The notes: a model not told the origin generated them from the letters alone. A stretch of 64,000 bases of DNA from an uncultured delta proteobacterium (GCA_963785235.1 CAWAUM010000001.1:608001-672000); one strand, 5' to 3'; positions 21,304 through 33,566 are shown, numbered from the stretch's first letter. Translations and numbers: made by a program.

Positions 21304-22144
21304 TGGAAGAAATGAGGGCCTTCTTCAGTTTGACCTTTGATTTATTCTCGATCTGCCGTACCCGTTCCTTGGATATGGCATACTGCCTTCCAAGGTCTTC
21401 CAATGTCGCAGGGGTTTCGGTCATGATACGATGCTGCGTGATATAACGTTCTCTTGGTGTGAGATTGTCCATGGCCTGGTCGATCTCCTTTTTCATAAAG
21501 GAGGTCTGCTGCGATTCAATGATACGGTCTTCGGGGCTCAACGTCGTATCAGCAAGAGAATCCAGGAAGGTGGTATTACTCCCGTATGTTATAGGGTTGT
21601 CCAGGGACTGGTCCCTGTTTGTCAGCCTCAATATGATCTCCTCGATCTGTTGGGGGTCGGCATTGAGGCGTAAGGAGAGGGCCTGGGACTGCTCGCTGAT
21701 ATCTTCACCTACGACTTCCTCTTCAGCCGTAATACGGTTGAGTCCATAAAACAGTTGTTTCTGCAGTCTGGTCGTACCGAGCTTGACCTGGGAGAAGAAC
21801 CGTAAGATATAATCATGGATCATTGCCTTGATCCACCATATTGCATAGGTCATGAGCCGATACCCTTTGTGCGGATTGAACTTCTTCACTGCGATCACCA
21901 GCCCTATAATCCCTTCCTGAATTGTATCTTCCAGGGGCAGGCCATACCCGGCATAATCCATGGCGATCCACACTACGTTTTTGAGATTGGCAGTTATGAG
22001 GCGCTCCGCAGCATCAAGATCGCCTTGATCCTTCAGAAGGACAGCGAATTTATATTCTACCTCTTTGGTGAGATGGGGAACGTGTTTGAACCGATCTATA
22101 AGTTCACCAACAGCATGATCGCGTATGACAGGATAAGGCATCAT
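21281..22144 (-). CDS. RpoH (sigma32)-like sigma factor
   Basis: YAGYGLPLEDTIQEG, KKFNPHKGYRLMTYAIWWIKAMIHDYILR, RpoH-box-like VKLGTTRLQKQLFYGL, ISKERVRQIE. Confidence 0.9.
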   Translation of the reverse strand: MMPYPVIRDHAVGELIDRFKHVPHLTKEVEYKFAVLLKDQGDLDAAERLITANLKNVVWIAMDYAGYGLPLEDTIQEGIIGLVIAVKKFNPHKGYRLMTYAIWWIKAMIHDYILRFFSQVKLGTTRLQKQLFYGLNRITAEEEVVGEDISEQSQALSLRLNADPQQIEEIILRLTNRDQSLDNPITYGSNTTFLDSLADTTLSPEDRIIESQQTSFMKKEIDQAMDNLTPRERYITQHRIMTETPATLEDLGRQYAISKERVRQIENKSKVKLKKALISSIDQMLPS

Positions 22145-22353
22145 GAACGCATCCTTGTGAAGCCGGCGGATTCTGCAGGTCTGCTGGGATTAATGGAAAC
22201 GGTTGACTGAAGGGCTCGAGCAATTTTTTCTGCAACGATACGGGGCGACATATCTTTATCAGGATTGAAGACATCACTTCTTTGCTGTCCCCACCCCGGA
22301 TCCAGGAGTTCGGTCCTGATAACATCAAGAATATCTAACAGGTCTACGCTCAT
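22141..22353 (-). CDS. Small hypothetical protein, translationally coupled to sigma factor 2
   Basis: ATGA overlap with the sigma gene; first ORF after P6. Confidence 0.5.
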   Translation of the reverse strand: MSVDLLDILDVIRTELLDPGWGQQRSDVFNPDKDMSPRIVAEKIARALQSTVSINPSRPAESAGFTRMRS

Positions 22354-22439
22354 TTTTTTTGTATAACCTTATCCCTTTTTATTGGTGCTCACGGTGTCAA
22401 AAATAACTACTCGATAGTCATCATGACAGCTACTGTAAT

Positions 22440-22587
22440 AGCAAAGGGCCTGCCACTAGCCGAAGGAAGATCCGAAATCGGAATCGATCATTGATAACAT
22501 GTGGTTAGATAAAGCGGATAGGGAGCCAGTAAGGTGTGAAATGATTCATTCAGCCTCAATATTTGGTGGTACCTCAACATGTGGAGG
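22440..22587 (-). promoter_or_regulatory. Sigma54 promoter cassette P6 (ORF-sigma factor 2-Sel1)
   Basis: GTGGCAGGCCCTTTGCT at 22440-22456; palindromes at 22554 and 22572. Confidence 0.85.
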
Positions 22588-22820
22588 GATTCTTTGAAGG
22601 GAGATGGGTATTCTCATCCGGGTTTTTTGTCTCCGACCGGACTACATCAAGCCGGCAAGAATGCCGAACCACATGAGAGTGGAGTACCACGGTATGGATT
22701 CAAATAAAAACATAGTAAGGAACCCCCTGTTTCCCGGTTTAACAAAGGGCCCAAGAGCGCTACGCATGGCGCTTCGCTCCTGGGCCACTTCGTCCGTCAG
22801 ATATGATTCTCTTTCCCAGC

Positions 22821-23768
22821 CTACTGCATGGGTGTTTGCGCGTCGCGTTGGATGATGATTTCGACGCGACGATTGTTGGCGCGACCCTCGGGGCTGGCGT
22901 TATCAGCAATTGGGGTTCCCTCGCCAAGCCCATGGGCCTTGATACGATCGGCCTGGTAGCCTCGCTCCACGAGATAGTTTCGAACTGCGTCTGCCCGGCG
23001 CTGCGACAGGTCGAGGTTGTAGCTGTCAGAGCCCTGTGAGTCGGTGTGTCCCTCGATGATGAGGTTGCGCTCACGGGTTGTGAGCAGTACATCGCTCACT
23101 TGGTCGAGTCGCGACCGCGCCGAGGGCAACAAGGTCGACTTGCCGGATGCGAAAAGCACACTCCCGGATAGGGTGATGATTATTCCGCGCGGGTCCTCCT
23201 TGACCGCGGCCAGCTTAGCCAGGGCTTCAGCCATTCGTTGCTCGGCATCGTTCTGCGCCGCCAGCGCTTCAGCCGCTCGTTGCTCGGCATCGGTCCGCGC
23301 CTTTTGCTCGTCGGAAAGCTGCTCTGCCGTCTTTTCGCCGCTGAGCTCAGAGGCCGCAAGCGCCGTCTGTGTATCGCTCAGGTCCTGCTTCGTCTTTGTA
23401 ACAATCTTGCCCTGCGTCGTTTGATAATCTTTACTCGATTGAGTCTGGCTCTTTTTCTCCATAGCGATGGAGGCCGTTGCTTCAGCTAACTCTGCCTTGC
23501 GCTGGGCGACATAGGCGAGGTCTCGCGTATGATACGAGTCGGGATTCTTCTGGAAGGATTGTTCCGCCTTGTCGAGCGCTTGTTTCGCCACATGCAACTC
23601 CGCAGGAGCGGCCTGGGCCGCAACGCCAGTGCTTGCGCGCTGGTATGCTCCGCGGGCGTTGACGAGCTCCTTCGGGGCGGTGGACGCACAGCCGGCGAAG
23701 AGCGTGACGACCGTGATGAGGATCAGATATTGTATCGTTTTCATATAATGCTCCTTTCTTTGGGTCAT
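22821..23768 (-). CDS. DUF4398 + OmpA-family lipoprotein
   Basis: FAGC lipobox, coiled coil, VLFASGKSTL, EGHTDS, LSQRRADAV, NRRVEI. Confidence 0.9.
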   Translation of the reverse strand: MTQRKEHYMKTIQYLILITVVTLFAGCASTAPKELVNARGAYQRASTGVAAQAAPAELHVAKQALDKAEQSFQKNPDSYHTRDLAYVAQRKAELAEATASIAMEKKSQTQSSKDYQTTQGKIVTKTKQDLSDTQTALAASELSGEKTAEQLSDEQKARTDAEQRAAEALAAQNDAEQRMAEALAKLAAVKEDPRGIIITLSGSVLFASGKSTLLPSARSRLDQVSDVLLTTRERNLIIEGHTDSQGSDSYNLDLSQRRADAVRNYLVERGYQADRIKAHGLGEGTPIADNASPEGRANNRRVEIIIQRDAQTPMQ

Positions 23769-24130
23769 GGGTTGTCTTGCCGGAGTTTGCGCACACGCTC
23801 CAATGCTGCCCGGGCCTCCGATTTTTCGGCATCCTCGTGGGAGAGTGCGACAGCCAGCTCGGCATCGGCTTCGGACCGCAACAGCATAGACGCGGCCTCA
23901 TCCTTCTCGCCTTTCGCAGACAGCTTCTGGGCGAGTTCCAGTTCTTCTTTTGCCATTTGCAGATGAAGCGAGGCTTGCGGTACCTTGGCCGCCCCGACCT
24001 CCTCTGCGGCACGGATCCCCGACGTAGAAGCCTCGGAGCGCAGCGGGGCGTTTGCGCATCCCGCAGTGATGAGAGTGGCCATGACGGCCATGGAGAACAT
24101 CATAATTACGATCTTGGATAGGTGTCTCAT
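23765..24130 (-). CDS. DUF4398 lipoprotein
   Basis: TAGC lipobox; IRAAEEVGA, AKEELELA, EADAELA. Confidence 0.8.
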   Translation of the reverse strand: MRHLSKIVIMMFSMAVMATLITAGCANAPLRSEASTSGIRAAEEVGAAKVPQASLHLQMAKEELELAQKLSAKGEKDEAASMLLRSEADAELAVALSHEDAEKSEARAALERVRKLRQDNP

Positions 24131-24263
24131 TGAATCCTCCTTTAGCTACTGATTTTCACTCATCCGAATTCAGTTGTTACGGATTGAGTCGATAGTGACG
24201 TATTCAAAAAGATGTTCCTTTGTTAGACGAATTCATTTTGAGTTCTCGTGCACGATAAGCACT

Positions 24264-24416
24264 TCATATCCGCCCCAGCAGCAGCAGAATGATCAAAATC
24301 AGAACAATCAATCCGAGTCCTCCGCTGGGATAGTATCCCCAGCTCTTACTGTGAGGCCAGGTTGGCAGTGCTCCGACCAAGATGAGAATCAAAATGACGA
24401 TCAGTATCGTACCCAT
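24264..24416 (-). CDS. DUF3309-family small membrane protein (50 aa, not in ORF track)
   Basis: Manual translation MGTILIVILILILVGALPTWPHSKSWGYYPSGGLGLIVLILIILLLLGRI; AGGAG RBS. Confidence 0.9.
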   Translation of the reverse strand: MGTILIVILILILVGALPTWPHSKSWGYYPSGGLGLIVLILIILLLLGRI

Positions 24417-24495
24417 GTTTTTCTCCTTTTATAGCGTGAGCTATTGACCTTACCTCTGCCCTTCAACCTTCAAGTTGATTTTTAACAAGTTTAAG

Positions 24496-24643
24496 AGCAA
24501 ATGGCCTGCCAATAGCCAAAGAAGATCAGATAAATGCAATCAGTCATTAATAACTGATGGTTAGATGAAAAGGAGAGGGTGGTATAACGTGTACAAATGA
24601 TCCGTTGGGCCTCCGTATTTGGTGGAGCCTCAACATATTGAGG
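24496..24643 (-). promoter_or_regulatory. Sigma54 promoter cassette P7 (DUF3309-DUF4398-OmpA)
   Basis: TTGGCAGGCCATTTGCT at 24496-24512; palindromes at 24610 and 24628, just past the activator stop codon. Confidence 0.85.
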
Positions 24644-24668
24644 GATACTTGGTTGAAAGGTAGACAGC

Positions 24669-26649
<1,981 letters not shown>

Positions 26650-26659
26650 GTTTTCGCAC

Positions 26660-27004
26660 TCATGAATTCCTGGGTTTCAGATCGATGCCTACAAGAAACT
26701 TTTCCGTATCCGACATGTCGCCGATGAGCCTCCGCAGGGGCAGGGGGAGTTTCTTGATGAGCGTTGGGGCGGCAACAATCTGCTCTCCCTTGGCAAGATT
26801 GGGCTGCTGGTAGATGTCTATCACCTCGAGTTCGTAGCTCCCGGCCAGGTGTTTATCACAGAGTTTCTGGACATTGGCGATCGCCTGGGTCGACTTTGGG
26901 GTCATACCGGTAACATACAGCCGGAGAATGTACTTTGACGGGTCTCTCTTGGTTGCCGCTTTTTCGAATTCCGCAGTGCTCGTTTTCACTCTTTTCATAT
27001 CCAT
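26660..27004 (-). CDS. kaiB: KaiB-family protein (copy 2)
   Basis: [26 protein letters not shown]...[22 protein letters not shown]. Confidence 0.9.
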   Translation of the reverse strand: MDMKRVKTSTAEFEKAATKRDPSKYILRLYVTGMTPKSTQAIANVQKLCDKHLAGSYELEVIDIYQQPNLAKGEQIVAAPTLIKKLPLPLRRLIGDMSDTEKFLVGIDLKPRNS

Positions 27005-27039
27005 CTCTGGTTCACCTTAAATTGATTCTTTATCATCCG

Positions 27040-27366
27040 TCAGACAGGACGAATGTCGAGTCCCACCAGCACACGTTCTGTGTTGGCCAGATCACCGATA
27101 ATCTTTTTAATCGGTTCAGGAAGCTTCCTCACCAGTGTCGGTATGGCAATAATCTGGTCCCCTTTAGCAAGCTGGGGGTTCTTTAAAAGGTCTATCACCT
27201 CAATGCGGTATTTCCCGGCGAGGTGCTCTTCGCAGATCTTCTTTAAATTAGCAAAGGCCGTTATGGATTTCTGGGTCTGACCGGCTACATATAACCGGAG
27301 GTTCCAGATTTCATCCGTAGCAGCGGTCTTTGATTTCTTCCCTTTTTCTGGTGAGACAGTTTTCAC
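27040..27366 (-). CDS. kaiB: KaiB-family protein (copy 1)
   Basis: [48 protein letters not shown]. Confidence 0.92.
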   Translation of the reverse strand: MKTVSPEKGKKSKTAATDEIWNLRLYVAGQTQKSITAFANLKKICEEHLAGKYRIEVIDLLKNPQLAKGDQIIAIPTLVRKLPEPIKKIIGDLANTERVLVGLDIRPV

Positions 27367-27367
27367 C

Positions 27368-29116
27368 TTACTCTCCTTTCCCTCTTTTTTTTGAACGCGA
27401 CGCCTGGGGAGCTGAAGGTTTCCCCTTGCGAAGATGCGCCATTTCCAAGCGGTCTTTTGCCAGGACAGCCTGTCTTATCCTTTCTTCTTCGGCCATCAGA
27501 TGCACCTCTTGGGTTTCCACATCGAATTCGGCACGCAGCGCTGCTATCTTTGTATCAAGGGCTTTTCTCTTGCGCTCCTGCTCGCGGAGCCTGCGATCCG
27601 CCTCACGCCGGCTTGCCAGCTCAGAGGCCCTTTCTCCGGCTTCCTGGGCCGCCCGGGCACTGCCCGTTAATACCTCGCCGGAACCGGTATAGATGTCGAT
27701 GAGGTCAATTCCCTGGTTCGTGAGCAGGAACTCTTGAATCTGGTTGGAGTGGGCCATGCCGCGGGACTTCAGAATGTACAGGCCCCGGTTGCGTTCCCCG
27801 TTGAGCTCGATATCCCGCAGGAGAAGCCACGTATCGATCAGAGAAGATACCTCTTCGCTTGTGTGTTCAAGGCTGCCTCCAAAATGGGTGAGGTCCGTAA
27901 GGAAAGTGGAGATCTTTTTCATCTTCAAATGGTCGATCAGGCGCGTTAATATGGATTTGACCTCTGATGTTGTTCCCGCGGCGCTCAGGTTGCTGATGGG
28001 GTCTATAATGAAAACCTGGGGATTGAAATCATCGATCACCTTGTGGAAGGTGAGAAGATGCATCTCAAGGCCGTAAAGGGTAGGCCTTGTCGAATGAAAC
28101 TTGAGAAGCCCCTTCTTTACCCACCGGGAGAGATCCAGGCCGATGGAGCCCATGTTCCGGATGATCTGGCTGGGGGATTCCTCGAAGGCGCAATACAGGC
28201 ATCGCTCACCCCGCCTGCAGGCGGCTTCGGCAAAGGTGGCAGACAAACTTGATTTGCCTGTGCCCGCCGTACCTGAGACGAGGATGGTGGTGCCCCGGTA
28301 GAAACCCTTCCCATCGAGCATTGCATCCAGCTTGGGGACGCCTGTGGCGATGCGCTCTCTGGAAACGGGGTAGTCGAGTCCCAGCGAGGTGATGGGCAGG
28401 ATGGAGAAGCCGCTCTCGTCTATCAGGAAAGGATACTCGTCGGCGCCGTGAGATGAGCCGCGGTACTTGACAATACGCAGACGGCGGGTGGAAATTTGCT
28501 CCTCGATGCGGAAGTCCAGAAGGATAACGCAATCAGCCACGTATTCTTCGAGCCCGTAGCGCGTCAGCATCTTGTCGCCGCTTTCCCCCGTAACGATGGC
28601 CGTCACACCGCGGTCTTTCAGCCAGTGGAAAAGCCGGCGAAGCTCTGCCCGAATGATTGCGGCATTAGAAAGCCCGGAGAAAAGTGCTTCTATGGTATCC
28701 AGGACAACCCGCTTGGCCTTGATGGAATCAATGGCACTGCCCAGGCGGATGAACAATCCTTCCAGGTCGTACTCGCCCGTCTCCTCAATCTCGGATCGTT
28801 CGATGTAGACGTGGTCCATAGTAATGAGTCCCTGCGATATCATGTCATTGACATCAAAACCCAGCGAGATGAAATTCTTCGCAAGATCCTCGGGCGTCTC
28901 CTCGAAGGTCATGAAGACGCCTGGCTCTCCATAATCCATGGCGCCCCGCATGAGAAACTCCATGGCGAAAAGTGTTTTGCCGCAACCCGCACTGCCGCAG
29001 ATCAGGGTTGGCCTGCCTTTGGGAAGCCCTCCCTTGGTGATCTCATCGAGACCCTTGATGCCTGTCGGGCATTTTTCAAGAACCTCAACTGCATGTTTTA
29101 CCTTAACCATCTTCAT
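27368..29116 (-). CDS. kaiC: Double-domain circadian clock protein KaiC (KaiC2-like, C-terminal coiled coil)
   Basis: Two Walker A motifs ([16 protein letters not shown]), two FEE catalytic motifs, KYRG/KSRG fingers, VSSLIDT at the phosphosite position. Confidence 0.95.
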   Translation of the reverse strand: MKMVKVKHAVEVLEKCPTGIKGLDEITKGGLPKGRPTLICGSAGCGKTLFAMEFLMRGAMDYGEPGVFMTFEETPEDLAKNFISLGFDVNDMISQGLITMDHVYIERSEIEETGEYDLEGLFIRLGSAIDSIKAKRVVLDTIEALFSGLSNAAIIRAELRRLFHWLKDRGVTAIVTGESGDKMLTRYGLEEYVADCVILLDFRIEEQISTRRLRIVKYRGSSHGADEYPFLIDESGFSILPITSLGLDYPVSRERIATGVPKLDAMLDGKGFYRGTTILVSGTAGTGKSSLSATFAEAACRRGERCLYCAFEESPSQIIRNMGSIGLDLSRWVKKGLLKFHSTRPTLYGLEMHLLTFHKVIDDFNPQVFIIDPISNLSAAGTTSEVKSILTRLIDHLKMKKISTFLTDLTHFGGSLEHTSEEVSSLIDTWLLLRDIELNGERNRGLYILKSRGMAHSNQIQEFLLTNQGIDLIDIYTGSGEVLTGSARAAQEAGERASELASRREADRRLREQERKRKALDTKIAALRAEFDVETQEVHLMAEEERIRQAVLAKDRLEMAHLRKGKPSAPQASRSKKRGKGE

Positions 29117-29455
29117 CTCCTGGCATTATTACTAAGAATGTTATTATAGCAAAAAGCCATTTTCTGGCAATAAAAATAATTCAGTAATATCAGAGTGATA
29201 TTTCCCTGCATCAAAGATAAATCTTCCCTCGGTCTCTTCAAGGATCCACCTGGAAGGTTTCATATGATCACTATCGTATCCGTGCAATGAACCACCTCCA
29301 CAAGCCGGCATGCATAAGACTGCTCAGGGTCGTTATAAAAGCAAACATGACGAGAAATAGTGCAAGCCATTTCAGGTTCAGGAGAGAAATGCTTTGAAGG
29401 TCAAATTTCACCGTCTACTCCTTTGGGGTAAATATATATGCATAAGGTGACAGAG

Positions 29456-29773
29456 CTATTTTACAATAAGGTCGTTTTTTACCGATTTCACGCCCTCAAT
29501 GCCTCCGGCAATCTCTCCTGCCTTTCTCACACTGCTTTCGGAATCAACAGAACCGCTTAGATGGACCACCCCTTGATACGTCTTGACATCGATCTGGAGA
29601 GATTTCAATGTTGGCTCATATAAGATTTCGGTTTTTATCTTGGTTGTTATAATCGAGTCATTGAAATACTGGCCCGTGCTTTCGTGTTCTTTTGTGGCGG
29701 CGCAACCTCCTGAAAAAGCGGTCATCATCCCGATGCAGACCAGAAATATCACTAAACCATCTCGATATCCCAT
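29456..29773 (-). CDS. BON-domain lipoprotein (second copy)
   Basis: STGQYFNDSIITTKIK, VKTYQGVVHLSG; paralog of 13254-13568. Confidence 0.85.
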   Translation of the reverse strand: MGYRDGLVIFLVCIGMMTAFSGGCAATKEHESTGQYFNDSIITTKIKTEILYEPTLKSLQIDVKTYQGVVHLSGSVDSESSVRKAGEIAGGIEGVKSVKNDLIVK

Positions 29774-30012
29774 GAAGACATCTCCTTTGCCGTCTAGAAC
29801 TACACCAGGAATTTCATGGAGTCCTTGTTTTTGGCACCATATATATAATAATCATCAGATTTTCCCAGACAAGGGTGCATGATTACAATGAAAACATGGA
29901 GTCGGTACTTGTCAAATACCAACGCTGTTACTACTAAGCGTATCTGATGGATAGATGGTTAAGCTCAATTTATAGACATAGCCGGCAGAGTTTGCGGAAA
30001 GGAGATCGGATC

Positions 30013-30720
30013 ATGAGATCAAAAACCATATGGTTCCCAGACAGGGCCATTCTCACCATATTGTCCGGTTTCTTCGTGTTACTGATAACCGCTTCTCCGC
30101 CTTCCTTTGCAGCTACATCGGCCAGCACGGAAGCATCCGAGGGAGATAAAGACATTCGTTCTTTCCGTGTTTCCATAGGCGAATATTATCATGTCCCGCA
30201 AAGAGAGGTTGCTGCCATTCAAGAAAGGGGAATTAGTGAAGAAGAGTTGCCTGTGGTATTCTTCATTGCCCAAAGGGCGCATGTGAAGCCCAAGGCTGTT
30301 GTGGCACTGCGCTTGAGAGGCATGAAATGGATGGACATAACCCTTCAATACGGTTTGAGCCCTGATATATACTATGTCCCGCTCAGGAAGTCACCTCCCT
30401 ATGGGCATGCCTATCGCTATTACATCAAACATCCGAAAGGCAACTGGAAAAGAGGGGCCCTCAGAGATGCGGATATCGTGAATCAGGTAAACCTGAAGTT
30501 CATATCAGAGCATCACAGATATGCCCCTGAAAAGGTTATGAAGTACCGGGCTCAGGGAAAAAGCTTTGTTGTCATTGACCGAGACACCAGACAGGGGAAA
30601 CAGGGAAAGACCCGGTACCAGGCCCAGCAGGCAAACAAGCCCGGCGATTATAAGAGCAATGATAAAAACCGCAAAGATAACACCCTTCAAGAAAAAGGCC
30701 CAGGCAAGGGGAATGGGTAA
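30013..30720 (+). CDS. Hypothetical secreted protein
   Basis: GGAG RBS, signal peptide, EELPVVFFIA, PPYGHAY, basic tail. Confidence 0.65.
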   Translation: MRSKTIWFPDRAILTILSGFFVLLITASPPSFAATSASTEASEGDKDIRSFRVSIGEYYHVPQREVAAIQERGISEEELPVVFFIAQRAHVKPKAVVALRLRGMKWMDITLQYGLSPDIYYVPLRKSPPYGHAYRYYIKHPKGNWKRGALRDADIVNQVNLKFISEHHRYAPEKVMKYRAQGKSFVVIDRDTRQGKQGKTRYQAQQANKPGDYKSNDKNRKDNTLQEKGPGKGNG

Positions 30721-30862
30721 AAAGGGTGAAGATAATTAAAAATCGAGAAGAGCCTCCCTTGCACGGAACAGGTTTTTTTCGGTTCTTAAAAGTATAATCC
30801 GGGGTAAAGACAATGCCCGGTTTGTCTCCATGACCAGGGGAGACACGGAACCATGAAGCCGT

Positions 30863-32097
30863 TCACTTTTCTTTAACGCCCCAGAAGATCGCCTCGATGC
30901 CGCATGTCAGGATGATGGTCTTTTTCCAGTTGTCCCCCAGGGACCATTGCAACTCGGGTTCAACATAGTAATAAATCCAGCGTGCCCTGAGCTGGTTTTT
31001 ATGGAGGAATTTGGCGCTGACCACGTGCCTGGACCAGGGGGCCCCCAGAATACCCAGGCGGATCGCTGCACCGCGAGCCAGGTCCTTGCCGCCCATGAGG
31101 CGGACGACGTCCGGCTCCTGGAGCAGCTCCTTTGCATAACCGAAGATCAGGCCGAAGTCCCATAACCAGCCGTGTTCACCGTTTTTATCCTTTTTATCGG
31201 AATCCATCTTATCCCTGGTCCACCTCAGGGAACTCGTGAATCTGGTATCCCACGAGTTCACCCACCTGTCCGCAATAAAGCTCGTAATCTCTCCCTCTTT
31301 ATCTTTACTGTCCCAGTAGATCTTCTGATGGGGATAATACATCCAGGAGCCTCGCTCAAACACGGTGTCCGCGGAAATACTGGCGTTCAAAGTGGGAGGG
31401 TTTTTTATCTTCACGCCCAGGGAGGTGCTGAAATATTCGTGAAAGCTCTTGGCCACACCAACCCGCAAAGACGTATCACGTTGTGGAAGGGGATTGCCGG
31501 GGAGTTCCCCGGGTCGGTGGTGGTAATGTAGATCTTGTAAAGATTCGCATCGGGCAGCCTGAAATCTGCATCGAGTTCGAAGGGCACCTCTGTGGTGAGC
31601 GAATTATCGGGTTCCAGGGTGAGAACTATGGGAAGGCCCATCAGCCACCGGGAAGGAGGGACTTCGGATGGTTCCTTCCCCTCAGGAACAAACCATCCGT
31701 TCACCCTTTCGACCTTTCGATGGAAAAAGACATAGAAATTGTCATGATATCTGTCCAGTCTTTGCCCGAAAGTTTCTTGAACGGGTTCCTCGCCGGCAGG
31801 GGCGGCAGGAACCTTGGATAAATCATCCCCTTCGGGAACACCAGGTTTTCCAAGGGTATCCACCTCAACGGGCGCAACAGGGGCGGGAGGACTTACTGGA
31901 GTGGTTATCTCCTTCTCTGGTGGGCGATCCTCGTCCTTGACCGGGCTCGTTTTTTGAGGATTATCCATCTCTTTGCTCATATCTGTATCACACAGGCCAG
32001 GTCCGGCCACGCTCAGAATGGCTATGACGAGAATGAGCAGTTTCCACCGTAGTCTCTTCTTCATCCTGATAGATCTCACCCCGGATTGCTTCGGCAA
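30863..32097 (-). CDS. Hypothetical exported/outer-membrane protein, frameshift near 31495
   Basis: Signal peptide and Pro-rich linker (31411-32097) overlap a beta-strand-rich ORF (30863-31468). Confidence 0.5.
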
Positions 32098-32333
32098 GAC
32101 AGCCTCTCTTATTTCTGATCACCGCATCCTGCTAACTAGTAATAAATATAATGCAGAATTTTGAAGAATCAACTTGGGCACAGAGCCGGCAGTTTCAAAA
32201 AGGCAGCGTTATTTAATCAAAGGTACGCTGTATTGATATAATTTGTGGTGGTTATTATATAGTATGCAGCACTATAGAAAATTATAGTGAGATCATCATT
32301 GGGAGATCAATAAAATTCTTCATATGGTACGTC

Positions 32334-32543
32334 TTGACTGGGATATGGGTGGTGCTCCTGATCCAGAGTTTCATAGCCTCCATGATAGCTGTGAAGGTTA
32401 TTCTGTACAGAAAGATCAGGGTTTCGTTGAAGGAAGGAAAGGTAGCAAGAGATCGCTGTTTCGCAAGACGAAATCCAAAGCAAGATGAAAGACGCTGGAG
32501 GAAAAGGTCGAGGATTTCCATCCCGAAGCATCTCGACTTGTAA
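32334..32543 (+). CDS. Small hypothetical membrane protein (start uncertain)
   Basis: Hydrophobic N-terminus, basic tail; upstream of 32568. Confidence 0.35.
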   Translation: MTGIWVVLLIQSFIASMIAVKVILYRKIRVSLKEGKVARDRCFARRNPKQDERRWRKRSRISIPKHLDL

Positions 32544-32567
32544 AGTCTGAAAAAGGAGGAATCAACC

Positions 32568-33068
32568 ATGTACGAAGGATTTATGAACCTCATTGAAAAA
32601 CATGCTGAGAAAATCACCAAGGAAGTTGTTAAAGACGTCCAGACCCGGGAAGAAACCAGGCATTACTGGGAGATCTCAGAGGACGTAACAGAAGATCGCA
32701 TTTCCCAGGTGGTTCGCAACGTGTATTTAAGGCTCGGAAACTGGCTGAGCAAGGACAAGCCAAAAAATACCCTGTTTGCTTACTATTCCGATCTTGGCGC
32801 AAACCGGTGCAAGGAAGGCTTTCCTCTGGACGAGGTCGTCATGGTCTTTCAACTCATCAAGAGGGCTATCTGGCATGAGCTCAGGGATCAGATTGCGGTG
32901 GACAGCGGCTTTACACTGAACCAGTTCATGGAGATCAATTACTACGTGAATTTGTTCTTTGACCGGATCATCCATGCCCTTGTTACCGGCTACCAAGAGG
33001 AATTGGGAAAGACTGTTACGAACGCTGGAAAAGAAAAGCTGCTCCTGACAAAGATCTTCAAGAAATAA
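32568..33068 (+). CDS. All-helical sensor-like protein (RsbRD_N/HisK_N globin-like)
   Basis: GGAGG RBS; LG..R.KEGFPLDEVV...KRAIW and FFDR......GY pattern. Confidence 0.55.
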   Translation: MYEGFMNLIEKHAEKITKEVVKDVQTREETRHYWEISEDVTEDRISQVVRNVYLRLGNWLSKDKPKNTLFAYYSDLGANRCKEGFPLDEVVMVFQLIKRAIWHELRDQIAVDSGFTLNQFMEINYYVNLFFDRIIHALVTGYQEELGKTVTNAGKEKLLLTKIFKK

Positions 33069-33176
33069 AAGATTCCAGGCCCACAGAGTGTATGCATGAG
33101 GGCCCCAGAGAAAATATCGTGACCAATGATTACTGATAAGAAGCCCTTATGGGCGTCAAGACGAAAGGAGAAAAAC

Positions 33177-33566
33177 ATGAGGATCCTGATGTACTACGAC
33201 GGGACAGAATATGCCAGGGATGCCCTGCCTGTGGTGAAGATGCATGCAAAGGCCTTTCTGGCCGCTGTAGATATAGTGTGCTCGCTTCACAAGGGTGGAG
33301 AGCCGCAGCTTGATGAGATTGATAGATTGGAAACCGATCTTGCATATCTCAAGGTTGTCCTGGAAAAGGAGAAGATTACTACCGAGACGCACCTCCTGAT
33401 CAAAGGCAATGATGCAGGTGAAGATGTAATCCGTTTCGCCAAGGAGCGCCAGGTGGATGAGATCATCATGGGGACTGAAAAGAAATCCAGGGTTGAGAAA
33501 TTCATACTGGGCTCAGTAGCTCAGCATGTGATCATCAATGCCCATTGTCCGGTGGTTATCGTCTGA
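33177..33566 (+). CDS. Universal stress protein (UspA family)
   Basis: ILMYYDGT, DEIIMG, ILGSVAQHVI.NAHCPVVIV. Confidence 0.9.
   Translation: MRILMYYDGTEYARDALPVVKMHAKAFLAAVDIVCSLHKGGEPQLDEIDRLETDLAYLKVVLEKEKITTETHLLIKGNDAGEDVIRFAKERQVDEIIMGTEKKSRVEKFILGSVAQHVIINAHCPVVIV

Noticed and set aside
13081-24643. Repeated cassette as a CRISPR array or integron attC array
   Set aside because: Copies are 1-3 kb apart and always upstream of genes. There are no cas or integrase genes and no GTTRRRY/RYYYAAC ends, and the sigma54 box explains the orientation.
29117-29455. Autoregulatory cassette upstream of kaiC
   Set aside because: No CCTCAA-N4-TTGAGG site or correctly spaced -24/-12 box was found by eye.
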